Of a stretch of 64,000 bases of DNA, positions 13,907 to 30,113 are shown in pieces. Made by a program: the position numbers and the translations under genes. The stretch is from the NCBI GenBank assembly GCA_037447605.1, contig CM074823.1, positions 248,001 through 312,000 of the forward strand. Direction: 5' to 3'. This DNA comes from Zygnema circumcarinatum SAG 698-1b. Taxonomy: Eukaryota > Plantae > Zygnematophyceae. Numbering within the stretch: position 1 is the stretch's first letter; the number at the start of each line of letters is the position of its first letter. The notes beneath the pieces are model-generated. The model saw nothing but the letters and a program-made list of their open reading frames with translations. It made no database searches and was not told the DNA's origin.

Positions 13907-14524
13907 GCCACGTGGCGCGAGCTGAGTGGCGGAAAGTCTGAAAGAGGAGGGGAGGGAGGGAGGGGCGGAAGGGAACAGTTGGCGACCCTTAAAGAAGGAA
14001 TAAACGGTCCCATGCCATGCCATGCCATAGCCATGTGCATAGGCATGCCATGCCATGGCCATACGACCCGAACTGCGCCAGCGACAGGATTTCCGCCGTC
14101 GGGATTCGTCGACGACCGAGCGTGCGACGACTAGGTGTCGCACTATGGCGTTCATCGGGCGCTATGATATGGTAGGTCGACTCATGCATGGCATGCCTCA
14201 TGGGGATGACGGATGGCGTGCCATGCAAACTACAGTTTAACGGTATCCAGTTCCAGTTCAACACAGAGAGCCAGCTCGGCCCAACGAACCAGTTACATGT
14301 GTCCCGTTAAGATCCACCCAAGCACATCGTGCCACGTCACACAAAATACCACGTGGTCGATTAACATTGGCTCCGAGTACCACGGGACAACGGTCAACTT
14401 TCCGTACGGTACTCTAACACAGACCGATGGCAGGAAGGGAAGGGGAAGGGCTTTTGAAGGAGAAGCGGAGGTAAAAACCCTAAGCACCTCAAGAACCCTA
14501 AAAACCCTAAACCCTGAAAGCGCC

Positions 14525-17500
14525 ATGGGCGGACCGCGCAGCTTCGACGCGGTGCTGCTCGTGGGCGATGGCGGCCGTGACTTCTTCCCTCTCGTGTCCA
14601 AGGCATGGCTTATGCTAACCCTAACCCTAATCAGCTCAGACTTTTTTGAGCTTATTACGTTAATCTTAACCCTAATGCCCAACCCTAACCTTAACCCTAA
14701 CCCTAATTCTACCCGTAACCCTAACTATCAGCCTAACTCTAACCCTAACCCTAACCCTAACCTTAATGCTCCCCCGAACCCTAACTCTAGGCCTAACCCT
14801 AACTCTAACCCTAACCCTAACCCTAATTCTACCCCTGACCCAAACTTTAAGCCTAACTCTAACCCTAACCCTAAATTCTGATCGCAGGAGCTGCCGCAGC
14901 CCCTCCTGCCAGTTGGCAACCGGCCCCTCCTCACATACACTCTGCAAATGTTCGAGGCATCGGGACTGCACTCCATTCTTGTGGTGTCTCTCTCTCTCCC
15001 TCTCCCTCCCTCCCTCCCTCCCTCCCTCCCTCCCCCCTTCCCTCCCTCTCTCCCCTCCGTTCTGTCTGCACAGTTACAGCGGTATTGTGTGAATTAGGGC
15101 ATTCTTTCCTTTTGCTATACATTTCAAATTCTATGTTTTATTTCCCCTGCATTGTGTTTTGTCAGGTAGTTGCCGGAGTTTCTGTTGCTGCTCAAGTCAC
15201 AAACTGGATCGGTGAAGCTTTCAATGGTCGCCTTACGGTGAAGGTAGAAGAGCTTTCCTCTCTCTCTCTCTCTCTCTCTCCCACTCTCTCCATCTTCTTC
15301 ACTTCCTCTTCCGGTCCCGTTCTCTCCCACGCCCTTTCTCTCTCTCTCTCTCCTTACGCTCTTCCTTCCCGTTCCTCCTCTCTTTCCCTCGCTTTCCCTG
15401 CTTTCTCCTCTGTTCATACCCCTCTCTCTCTACCACTCCCTCTACCTGTCTCACTCCCCCCTTTTTTTTTGCTGCCCGGATAGGTCGCTACAGTGCGGGA
15501 GGATGGCGGGACAGCCGATGCTCTGCGAGAGATTTTGGACCGCCTGACCGGTCAAGATGTGCTGGTAAGTAAAACCCCTTACAAGTAGACCTCATCAAAA
15601 CCAAAAAAATCTTAAAGAAACAAGAATAAAGAAACAAGAAATCTCTGTTCTATTCCCTAGGTAGACCCTATTTCTAAACTCTCTCCCTCCTTTCCTCTCT
15701 ATCCCTCCCTCTCACCTCCTCTGTCCTACTTGCCCTTCTCTCCGCCCTCCATTCCTCTTTCCCTCTCCCTTTTCCCGGTCCCTGTCCTATTCCCTCTCTC
15801 TCTCCCGTCACTTTCTCTCTCTCGTTCGTCCTTTCCCGCTCTCCCCTTCTCTCCCTTCTATCTCTTCCCCTACAACTTTCTCTCTCCTCTCCTCTCTCGT
15901 TCTTCCCCTCTCTCTTCTTCCCTCTCTCTCCTTATCTTCCTCCGCCACACACTCTCTTTTCCTCCACTCCTGTTCTTCCCGTCCCTTTCTCTTCTCCCCC
16001 CCTCTCCCCCACTCTCCCTCTCTCTCCCTCGCTCGTTCTCTTCCTCTCCCACTCTCTCTCCCGTCCCTCCTCCCTCTCTTCCCTCCCTCCCCCCCTCCCC
16101 CCTCCCCATCTCGCCCCCTCTCCCCCTCCCCCCTTCCCCCCCTCCCCCCTCCCTCCCCCCTCTCCCCACTCCCCTCCCCTCTCCCCCTCCCTTCCCCGTC
16201 CCTCCCTCCCTCCCCCTCTCGCCCCCTCTCCCCCCTCCCTCCTCCCCCCCCCTCCCCCCTCCCCTCTCTCCCCCCCTCCCCATCTCGCCCCCTCTCCCCC
16301 TCCCCATCTCGCCCCCTCTCTCCCCCCTCCCCCCTCCCCCCCTCCCTCTCTCCCCTTCCCCTCCCCCCTTCCCCTCCCCCCTCCCCCTCTCTTCCCCCCC
16401 TCCCCCCTCCCCTCCCTCCCTCCCCCTCTCGCCCCCTCTCCTCCCCCCCTCCCCTCCCTCCCCCTCTCTCCCCCCCTCCCCATCTCGCCCCCTCTCCCCC
16501 TCCCCATCTCGCCCCCTCTCTCCCCCCTCCCCCCTCCCCCCCTCCCTCTCTCCCCCCTCCCCCTCCCCCTCCTCCCCCCTCCCCCTCTCTTCCCCCTCCC
16601 CCCTCCCCCCTTCCCTCCCTCCCCCTCTCGCCCCCTCTCCTCCCCCCTCCCCCTCCTCCCTCTCTCCCCCCTTCCCCTCCCCCCCTCCCCTCTCCTCCCC
16701 CCTCCCACAGGTAGTGGGAGGTGACGTAGTGAGTGACGTCCCTCTCGGCTCCATTGCCGCCGCCCACCGTCAGCAAGGAGCCGCCGCCACCGTACTTTTG
16801 TACGGACGCCCGCCCGGAGGGGGGCCGGAAGGCTCTTCGGGCAGCGAAAAAAAAAAAGAGAAAGTGAAAAAGGATGTGATTGGAGTAGATTCTTCGGGCA
16901 GGCGACTCGTTTTTTGTGCAAGTAGTGAGTCCTTTCTCGCCCCTCCCCCCTACCCTACAAGGTTTAGGGTTTTAGGGTTTAGGGTATGGCGTGAGGGTTT
17001 AAGGTTTAAGGGGTATGTGAGAGAGTGTGTAGAAGATGGCACTCGAGTCGTAGCTTTTGTAGGCACTCAGGAGCAGCCCTCCCCCCTCCCCCCTCCTCCC
17101 TTTCCCCTTCCCCCTTTTCCCTCTCCCTCCCTCCACCTCCCTCTCTTCTCTCTCCCAATCCCTCTCTCCCCTCCTCCCGCACTCCACCTCGCCCCTCCTC
17201 CCCCACTCCTCCTCTCTCCCCGATCTCCCCCACTCCCCCTCCCTCCCCCCCTCTCCTTCTCTCCCCCTCTCCCCTCCTCCCCCACTCCCCTCCTCCCCCA
17301 CTCCTCCTCTCTCCCCCATCTCCCCCACTCCCCCACCCTCCCCCCCTCTCCCCCACTCCCCCTCCCNNNNNNNNNNCCCCCTCCTCCCGCAGGCAGTGAC
17401 GGCAGTCAGCAGCTCCGCATGCGGCGGTCTCTCCTTCGAGACATTGGCGTGGTCAGTCCATTTTTCCACCTTCACATGGAATGTTTTCTGGGTATAAATG

Positions 17501-18820
17501 GGAAAATTCTCATGTCAATGTAAATTGGGTCTGAAACTTGTACAGGTCCAAATGTGAAGCAGAAGGTGCTGCTACAAAATTAGGAATCTTTTCTTTCTTC
17601 TTTACATCTCGAGCGCAAATTTGTAAACAGCTACGTTTTATTTTATTTCATTGTTGAATTCATTCCTATTTTCTGCTTTGTGCTTTGTTGGGATAACCCT
17701 AGAATCTTCTAATAACTGATCCGTTCGATTCTTTTTTTTTTTTGTTTTTCTGTCCAGTTAACGCTGCATACAGATTTGGTCGTTGCGAACGTTTACGCCT
17801 TCAATAGGTGAAAGCCAATCTACAAATGTATACATATATCATATATTTACATTATGCTTAGAGCTTGTATCCTCCTATACCCCTTGCTACTTCTCTAAAT
17901 CTCTAAATTCATTTTTTTCATTATCTGACGTCAGCCGGCGTCATGGAGTGGGGGCAGGCAGATCTTGCAGGAGGCGCTAAAGACAAATTTGGCGATTTCG
18001 AGCATTCAAAGGGACCTGCTTCCCTACCTCGTCAACACCCAAACAACGGTAAATTCAAATTTTGAATATTTAAGTTTAAAATTTACTTTGCAGAAATAAG
18101 TGGCATGTTAACAAAGTGCAAGTCAAATCGTAAGCCTCTCTCCCTTCTTCTCTCGCTCTCGTCCCTATCTATCTTCTATGTGCCTCCTCTCCGATCTCCC
18201 TTTCCCTCACCCCCTCTCCCTCCATCTCCCTCTCTCTCCTTCTGACTCTCCCCCTCTTCCCTATTTTCTCCCTCCCCCTTGCCGCCTCCCCTGTCCGCTT
18301 CCCCATCTCTCCCTCCCTCTCTTTCTCTTTTTCCTTCTCCCATTCCCTTCCTCTTCCTCTTCCCCCTCCTTCCCTTCTCTCCCTCCCCACATCCCATTCC
18401 TTTCCTCTCCCCCTCCCCAACTCCCTCTCCCCCTCCCCAACTCCCTCTCCCTTCCCCCTCCCTCCCACTCNNNNNNNNNNGGGAGGGGAGGGAGGGGAGG
18501 GAGGGAAGGAAAGAGGGAGGGGAGGGAGGAGGGGGAGGGGGAGGGTTAGTAGCGTGGGGGGATGTTTTGTCTGATCTCTCCTTCTATCTCTCTCTCTCTC
18601 ACTCCCTTTCACTCTCTCTCCCCCTCTCTCGCTCTCTCTCTCTCTCTCTCTCCCTTTGTCGTGTTGTCTTATGTGAGCGCAGATGGCTGGCGATGCACTG
18701 CACCTGACCGGCTTTCAGCTCTCTGCCAGCAACAATGTCATCCATGAGTCGGTTGAGCTGGGCTCAAAAACTGCGGTTTGTGACTCTCCCTCACCCTCTC
18801 TCTCTCTCTCTCTCTTACTT

Positions 18821-18863
<43 letters not shown>

Positions 18864-20083
18864 CTCTCTCTCTCGTCCCCCACCCTCTCCCTTTCCCTCT
18901 CTCCTTCTTCCCCCTCTCTCTCTCTCCCACCCTCTCCCTTTCCCTCTTTCCTTCTTCCCTCTCTCTCTCTCTCGCTCTTTTCCTTTCCCCCCTCTTTCTG
19001 TGCTTTTACTTCTAAAGTAGTCGAATTCTTTTCAAATGCGCACATTCGAGTGTTTTTCCTTTTTCAAATTTAGTTGTTTTCTCGTCTCTCAACTTGTTGC
19101 CTGCTGCCCGTTTTTTCCGGGCAGGTTGGGCCTCAGTGCATGGTGGGGGAGGGCAGCCGGATGGGCGACAAATGCAGCGTCAAAAAATCGCTTGTTGGAA
19201 GGCACTGCCGGATTGGGTCTAATGTGAAGGTGATTCATTCTCTCTCTCTTCGCCTCTCTCTCCCCATCTCTCTCCCCATCTCTCTCCCTCCCTCTCTCGC
19301 CCTCCCCCCCTCCCTGTCTCACTCCCCTCTCTCTCTCTCTCCCTAACTACCTCTCTCTCCCGCCCACTCTCTCCCTCCCCCCCTCCCTCTCTCCCTCCCC
19401 TCTCTCTCTCTCCCCCTAACTACCTCTCTGTCCCTCTCTCTCTTTCTCGTTCCCACTCTCCCTCTTCCCCTCTCTCTCCCTCTGTCCCACTCTCCCTCTC
19501 TCCCTCTCTCCCTCTGTCTCTCTCGCCCTCTCCCCCCCTCTCTCTCTTCAAACATTTTTTGACCCGTTTTCCTGTTTAGTTTTTCTATTACTTTTTTTAA
19601 TTCATACCTTCTGTTCTTGGGTCTTCAGGTTTTTGGGGGCTGTAGATCTTTAGCCCCAAAAGCCCTTTCCTTTATTTGTCTATTTTCAACTTTTTTTTTA
19701 TATCTTGTTTTTTTTTTTTTTTTTTTTTTTTTTNNNNNNNNNNGGGAGGGGAGGGAGGGGAGGGAGGGAAGGAAAGAGGGAGGGGAGGGAGGAGGGGGAG
19801 GGGGAGGGTTAGTAGCGTGGGGGGATGTTTTGTCTGATCTCTCCTTCTATCTCTCTCTCTCTCACTCCCTTTCACTCTCTCTCCCCCTCTCTCGCTCTCT
19901 CTCTCTCTCTCTCTCCCTTTGTCGTGTTGTCTTATGTGAGCGCAGATGGCTGGCGATGCACTGCACCTGACCGGCTTTCAGCTCTCTGCCAGCAACAATG
20001 TCATCCATGAGTCGGTTGAGCTGGGCTCAAAAACTGCGGTTTGTGACTCTCCCTCACCCTCTCTCTCTCTCTCTCTCTTACTT

Positions 20084-20126
<43 letters not shown>

Positions 20127-21644
20127 CTCTCTCTCTCGTCCCCCACCCTCTCCCTTTCCCTCTCTCCTTCTTCCCCCTCTCTCTCTCTCCCACCCTCTCC
20201 CTTTCCCTCTTTCCTTCTTCCCTCTCTCTCTCTCTCGCTCTTTTCCTTTCCCCCCTCTTTCTGTGCTTTTACTTCTAAAGTAGTCGAATTCTTTTCAAAT
20301 GCGCACATTCGAGTGTTTTTCCTTTTTCAAATTTAGTTGTTTTCTCGTCTCTCAACTTGTTGCCTGCTGCCCGTTTTTTCCGGGCAGGTTGGGCCTCAGT
20401 GCATGGTGGGGGAGGGCAGCCGGATGGGCGACAAATGCAGCGTCAAAAAATCGCTTGTTGGAAGGCACTGCCGGATTGGGTCTAATGTGAAGGTGATTCA
20501 TTCTCTCTCTCTTCGCCTCTCTCTCCCCATCTCTCTCCCCATCTCTCTCCCTCCCTCTCTCGCCCTCCCCCCCTCCCTGTCTCACTCCCCTCTCTCTCTC
20601 TCTCCCTAACTACCTCTCTCTCCCGCCCACTCTCTCCCTCCCCCCCTCCCTCTCTCCCTCCCCTCTCTCTCTCTCCCCCTAACTACCTCTCTGTCCCTCT
20701 CTCTCTTTCTCGTTCCCACTCTCCCTCTTCCCCTCTCTCTCCCTCTGTCCCACTCTCCCTCTCTCCCTCTCTCCCTCTGTCTCTCTCGCCCTCTCCCCCC
20801 CCCCCTCTCTCTCTTCAAACATTTTTTGACCCGTTTTCCTGTTTAGTTTTTCTATTACTTTTTTTAATTCATACCTTCTGTTCTTGGGTCTTCAGGTTTT
20901 TGGGGGCTGTAGATCTTTAGCCCCAAAAGCCCTTTCCTTTATTTGTCTATTTTCAACTTTTTTTTTATATCTTGTTTTTTTTTTTTTTTTTTTTTTTTTT
21001 NNNNNNNNNNGGAAGAAGGGAAGGGAGGGATGGAGGGAGGGAGGCAAGGGGGGGAGGGAGGGAGGGGAGGAGCGAAGGGAGGGAAGGAAGGGAGGGAGGC
21101 GAGGGAGGGAGGGGAGGCCAGGGAAGGGGGGAAGGGGGAAAGGGAGGGAGGGAGGTGGGAGAGGGAGGGAAGGGAGGCGAGGCGAGGGAGGGGCGGGAGG
21201 GAGTGGGGGAGGGCGAGGGTGGCACTTGCGCATGAAGTGGAGGGAGACAGGGAGGGAGGGCGGACTGGAAGGAGGGGGGAGGTAAAGGAGGGCAGGGCGA
21301 GGATGAAGGAGAGGGAGAGGGGAGATGGAAAGGAAGGGGTACATGTGCATGGAGTCAAACTGACTTTCATCTAGTGGATGGGAGATCTTCACATTTGGTT
21401 TGATGTGTACCTCTGGAAATGTCATCTTAGATAAAAAATTCGGTGCACCTTGTTGGGTTTCATAGTTCTATTTTTGAGTATGCTTTTGAATGCATGCGTG
21501 CATGCATGCAGGCATGCATCCATCCCATCATGAAGATTGAAGGTAGCAAATTTTCCTTTCCTGCGGCTGCAGGTTGCTGCTGGGTACACTGTTGCGGCGG
21601 GAGTGGAGCATCAGAGAGAGGCTCTGGCGAAGAAGGACAAGTGA
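14525..21644 (+). CDS. EIF2B3: Translation initiation factor eIF2B gamma subunit (NTP-transferase-like plus left-handed beta-helix); some exons missing in gaps
   Basis: [85 protein letters not shown], last exon [23 protein letters not shown]. Exons 14525-14602 (GC donor), 14888-14983, 15166-15243, 15484-15564, 16711-16924, 17393-17451, 17758-17807, 17958-18048, [gap], 18683-18775, 19125-19229 (both repeated at 19946-20038 and 20388-20492), [gap], 21573-21644. Confidence 0.9.
14613..14876. repeat. Degenerate (CCCTAA)n hexamer tract filling eIF2B-gamma intron 1
   Basis: AACCCT units with CTCT and CCTT variants. Confidence 0.85.
18481..21000. other. Gap-flanked direct duplication (18481-19733 and 19744-21000), probable assembly artefact
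   Basis: The copies are identical except for one homopolymer length; each is bounded by N10. Confidence 0.8.
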
Positions 21645-22585
21645 TGTGCACATGTGTGTGGCTCAGTTCTAGTTTCAGTTCTGGTTCAAATCAGTTAAGA
21701 GTTGCAGAAGAATGTCTGCAAAGTCCTCATCGGCTTGTAGCGCTTACTCAGCTCTCAGCTGGCAAATAAATAAAAGTAAATGATATCTATGATATCTGGC
21801 TGAGAGGGAGGGGGCGATTGAGAGGGAGAGGGAGAGGGAGAGGGAGAGGGAGAGGGAGAGGGAGAGGGAGGGAGAGAGAGGAGAGGGAGAGGGAGGGAGA
21901 GGGAGAGGGAGAGGGAGAGGGAGAGGGAGAGGGAGAGGAGGGAGAGGGAGGGAGAGGGAGAGGGAGGGAGAGGGAGAGGAGAGGGAGAGGGGAGGAGAGG
22001 GAGAGGGAGAGGGAGAGGGAGAGGGAGGGAGGGAGGGAGAGAGGGAGAGAAGAGCGAGAGAGAGAGATAGAGAGAGGTGGGGGAGAGCGAGAGAGAGCTT
22101 TCACACGGCCATTCATGGACTCGTGGTTGCAAATGCACCGAAGCCAAAAAACGACATTGAAACACAGTTAAAAAACGCAAAATTCCAAATTGGATGAATA
22201 AAGAAAACCCCTCTAAACTTCACCAGCTTCCCATCTGCTGCGCGGTTCGATTGGAGCCGAGCAAAAAAAAAGGACTTCTCTTATGTGTTGATAAATGCCC
22301 CTAAAAAAATGTGAAATAGGGAGATGGAGACAGGGGGGGAGGGACGAGGAGGGTGAGATAGTGGAAGGAGAAGAGTGGAAGAGGGGGACAGAGAGAGAGG
22401 AGATGGGAGGAATAGGGAGGACAGATCTTACATATTGCAAGCCACGGATAGAGAGTAGAAAAGGAGGAAAAAGAGAGAGGGAAAGGAGAAAGTGAGGAAG
22501 AGATGGGGGAGAGGAAGAGAGTAGGAAGAGGGAGTGTGGCACGCGCGAGAGAGGGGAAAAGGAAGAGGTGGGAGGCAATCAGCAG

Positions 22586-22655
<70 letters not shown>

Positions 22656-22774
22656 GACAACAAAACGTCTCCCTCTCCTACCGTACCTTCTTTCACTTCT
22701 ACAAATGTACAACACGTATTCCCTACCACAGTCCTCATCACAACTTCCTTGGGAGCAAATCTCAATCGTTGATC

Positions 22775-23814
22775 TCACGCTGCCGTCTCCACGTGGCGCT
22801 TTAATGGCCGTTGGATCGGCCCCGCAGGAGAGGGCCCCCTGAACCCTTCGATCACTCGATCCTCCACGCACCAATGAAAGGGCGGCAATTCACCCGAATT
22901 TTCCGTACTCTTATTACAAACCTTGCAAATTTTTCGTTCCGAAAATTGCTGCGAATTTCTCACTAAGTCCTTCATAATTCCATTCAAGTTAAAAAAATCG
23001 CGAGTCAACGCGAAATAAGGAGATGGGAACGGTAACAGTAACGGTGATCCATGCAGATTTTTTGCCGTTGCGTGGAACGGATTCTGCTCCATGGAACCAG
23101 CCTGAGGGGCTGCTCCTGAAGGTTTGCCGCCTCTGCCAGGTGGCGTTCCCCCATTGGCCAATACTGCTGAAAAGTCCGACGTGTCAGTTGTCCTGCCACG
23201 TGGCACCCTTGAGCCGATGACACCTGGCCCCCCCTTTGTTCCCACTTGCCGAGTACTTATTCTCATTTCCCTCTCCTCCATGGCAGCTCCCCCTGGACTT
23301 GTTCGAGGCAGGGTATTTATTTCGGGGTGCTGCCCAGGCATCACACTACGCGACAAAAGAGTACGGCCGCCGCCCGGGACCGCCTCCTGTGCTCCTACCA
23401 CTATCCTCCTCTCAGGTTGCGCCACGTGTCTCGGCTCTGCAGCCCCCCTGCCGCCACCTGGCACTGAAAGATGCTGACGTGTCATTCCCCCCTGCTGCCA
23501 GCTGGCACCTCCTTGCGGCTGCAGCTGCTGTTGTTGCTGCTGGAGAGGTCCGGGGAGGCCACGGAGGACGCCACGTGGCGGCTGCTGATTCGTCGAAGCT
23601 TTCTGCCAGGCAGACGTGGCAGATGGCGAGCTCCCATTTGGTGACCGCTCGAAGGGATCTCGGATTTCTGAGGCAGTCCCGTGTCGCCACGTGTCGCTCT
23701 GAGATTGGACAATGAGTTCATTAGTTTCAAGTGGGGCCTAAACAGCAAGAGAAGGATATGAGGCAAGTGAGGGGCTGGGAACGAGGGAAGGAGTCAAAGG
23801 GGGAGAGAGTGAGG

Positions 23815-23845
<31 letters not shown>

Positions 23846-24775
23846 GGGGGAGAGAGGCGAGAAAGAGGAAGAGGGGAGAGAGGAGAGAGAGAGCGAGAGA
23901 AAGGGCGAGGGGAGGGAGGGAGAGAGAGAGGAGGGGAGAGAGGGAGAGAGAAAGAGGGGGGGGGAGAGAGAGAGAGAGAGAGAGAGAGGGGGGAGGGAGG
24001 GAGAGAGAGAGGAGGGGAGAGAGGGAGAGAGAGAGAGAGAGAGAGCTTACCGCAGACGATCCTCCGCTCTCCGCAGACTCGTCCGACTGAGAACTCGCAC
24101 CGTCATCCACAACAGCAACGGAACCAACGGAACCGCTCTCCTCCAACCCACTCTCTCCTCCTCCATCACTCCTCTCTCCCTTCCCAGCCTCCCCCTCTCC
24201 CTCCCACTCCCTCCCTCTCTCCCCTCCTCTTTCCATTCCCCTCTCTCCCTCCCTCTCCATCTCCAACTCCCTCCTTTCCCCCTCCTCCCCTTCTCCCCCC
24301 CTTCCCCGCTCTCGGTCTCCCTCCCCCCCTTCCCCTCCTCTCCCCACCTCCCGCGCCTCCCTCTCCCTCTCTCTCCCACTCCTCCTCGGCGCCTTCCTCT
24401 CCTTCTTTGACTTTTTCAAAGAGACCAAAAAGTGGCACCCCTTCTCCCTGCTCGGATGATGCTGGTTCAAAATTATGTTAAAATTCGTACTCTCATTTAT
24501 CGGCAGCTTCTGCCTCCTCTCTCCCGACCTCTCCCCTCCCACTCCCTCTCCCAGTCCCTCTTCCACTCCCTCTCTCTCCCGCGCTCTCTCTTTCCCTCCT
24601 CCCGCCTCCCTCCTGCACACAAAGACTGTAGATAACTGCGCGGCGGGGACCCCCATTCTATGTGAAATTAGGGTTTGGAAGCGCCGGAAGGAGAGGACGG
24701 AGTGGATGCCTACAACGCCCTTTTCGACTTCGCCTTCGCCGTCGTGGAAGAGGAGAGGGTACGGCGTTGCGAAAG

Positions 24776-24782
<7 letters not shown>
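22775..24782 (-). CDS. Plant uncharacterised protein resembling the DUF7138 / EDA12-like family (about 564 aa)
   Basis: Exon 24051-24782: METFATPYPLLFHDGEGEVEKGVVGIHSVLSFRRFQTLISHRMGV...KLPINESTNF...CHFLVSLKKSKKERK. Exon 22775-23737, in frame after a phase-0 intron, ends CKVCNK...FHWCVEDRVIEGFRGPSPAGPIQRP. The family assignment is from memory of these motifs and was not searched. Confidence 0.72.
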
Positions 24783-24819
<37 letters not shown>

Positions 24820-26152
24820 GTCTGTATCACTCTGTCTGTCTCTCTGTCTCTCGCTCTCCACTCTCTCTCTCCCTCTTAACTCTCACTCTCGCTGTCTCAT
24901 GTCTCTTTCTCTGATTCTCTCTCCCCCTCCTCCTCTCCCTCCCACTCTCCTTTCAAGCACTTCTTCCTACGCCACACATTCTAAACCCTAACTGTAACTG
25001 CCGCATAGAACTCTGCCATCCATCGGCCTCTCCCGCCTGTCCACTGCCCACGCGCCACGTGTCGCTTCTCCCCCCACGCGCCATCCGATCGCGTAGTCTC
25101 CCTCCCTCCCACCTCTCCCTCTCCCTCTGCCTCTCCCTCTGCCTCTCCCTCTCCCTCTCCCTCTCCCTCTCCCCGCCTCTCCCTCCTCTCTCCCTCCTCT
25201 CTCCCTCCTCTCTCCCTCCCTCCGCCTCAGCCATGGATCGGACTGTCCGAGGTCCCCCCCCCGTCAGCGTTGACCGACCGACCTTCCTTCCCTGTCCATG
25301 CAATAGCGCGACAGAAAGGTGGTCGCAGGGCTTCGCATGACGTCGCAGGAAGAATCAGACGACTACAGTCGCATTCCATCGCATGGTTGCTCGTTTCCAT
25401 TCAAAATGTAAGTCGCATCGAGTCGCACGGAGTCGCACATGTATGCGAATCGCACGTCGTCGCTCAAACGTCGCACAAGTGCGGGGTTGGGGACGGTAAG
25501 GGCCTTCCGAAGTGCGCGACAAAATTGCGTCGCAAGACGTCGTACGAGGTCGCATTATATATATTTAGGCTCGCAATGCGTCGCACTATGGCCGGCCAAT
25601 TCCGGAATGCCTTTGATTCCTGATTCCTCGCTCTACGGCATCGGCAGTTGAGAAAATGGTACTAATATTTCGTACGGTCAACGGTCAACCATTGTACAAA
25701 TGCGACAGTTCGGGCCGTTCAACGACGACATGCGATTATCGGATTGGGTGTGCGACGTCGTGCGACTTCGTGCGATTCTGTTGCTGGTCATCTCATTCCG
25801 TACGACCATGATATATTGTGTACGGACAATGAATGGACCAAACGTAAACGGTACGGTTGGTCGTTGGCCAGGACCGATTTTGTACGAATTGTACGGTTTT
25901 CAATTTACAGATCGTACGCCATCATGTTTCAATTGACGTCACTTAACCGCCTCCAGTTGAAAACGGTCAAGAGAGTCGACCGAAAAGGTTGCGGCCGTCG
26001 GTCGGGCTGCCCTTGCCCGACTTTTTATTTTTTATTTTTTTTTGGGGGAGGCGCGCCAATCCGACTTCGACACTTGACTAACATGGCCACATGGACCACT
26101 TAAATTCCGCCACGTGGCAACTTGCACCCAAGCATTTCATGCTTGTTTCCTC

Positions 26153-26378
26153 AGGTCCTTTTGCGCCCAGTTTGTTCCTCGTGGTTCCTCATGCTGATGT
26201 TGGCCATGTACATTTGATGGCATCATCGCCATAGTGAAGTCAATGCCACATCCTTCTCCTTTTTCATGTTTGATTGGGCGTCATTGGTCTCACGATGGCC
26301 ATGATGCCATACAATGTACATGGACGAACCAGCATCATCATGGGGAACCACGAGGAACTAACTGGGCGCAAAGGACCT
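26153..26378. mobile_element. MITE-like inverted-repeat element (about 226 bp)
   Basis: AGGTCCTTTTGCGCCCAGTTTGTTCCTCGTGGTTCCTCATG pairs with CATGGGGAACCACGAGGAACTAACTGGGCGCAAAGGACCT. No clear TSD. Confidence 0.65.
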
Positions 26379-27086
26379 AAGCACAAAAGGAAAAAGCTAT
26401 GAGCGGAATGATGTCGTTGTGATATCGTTGAGGCTTTCTTTTCGTGAGTTCAACTGTTTTCGTAAGAAAAGGAAGAATTTTTTGAACGTTCAAAACCAGA
26501 ACACGTACTCTGGGGACATCACCGTCCCTCTACAAAAAATCACAGCGTACAATGCAATGTACTAATATTGATTTAGCGACAGTTGGTACAATTTTCGTTT
26601 CTGTATGACCGTACTTAGCCGTACGGACGTACTTCCCAGCTGCAGGGCGGCAACGCTCTTTCCACGAAGCTTCCTCTTTTTCCGTGGTCAACATTGAGAG
26701 GCGGATGAAACGCGTGGAACAACGGAAATCTGTGGGACGAATCCAGGTGAGAGAGACACATAGAGGGAGAGAGAGTGAAGAGAGAAAAGAGAAAAGGGGG
26801 GAGAGAGAGAGAGTGGGAGAGAGAGTGAGAGAGAGAGAGAGAGAGAGAGTGAGAGAGAGGTGAGAGAGAGAGGAGAGGGAAAATAAGAGAGAGCGAGAGA
26901 GGGGAGAAAGAAAGAGAGAGGGGAGAGAGTGAGCAGAACGAGGAGAAAGAAAGAGAGCGGAAAGCGAGATAAGGAGATAGAGAAAGACAGAGAGATAGAG
27001 AGAAATAGAGGGAGGAGAGAGAGAAAGAGAGAGATAGCGGAGGGAGAGAGAGTGGGAGACACTCTGTCGTCCTCTGCGTGGCAGCC

Positions 27087-30113
<3,027 letters not shown>

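Noticed and set aside
18481-21000. Tandem duplication of two eIF2B-gamma beta-helix exons
   Set aside because: Both copies are bounded by N10 gaps and identical even in introns apart from one homopolymer. Best explained as a duplicated contig or haplotig. Read depth or long reads would settle it.
21011-21780. Separate minus-strand gene (ORFs 20892-21425 and 21460-21651)
   Set aside because: 21573-21644 on + is the eIF2B-gamma last exon; the rest is its intron and 3'UTR.
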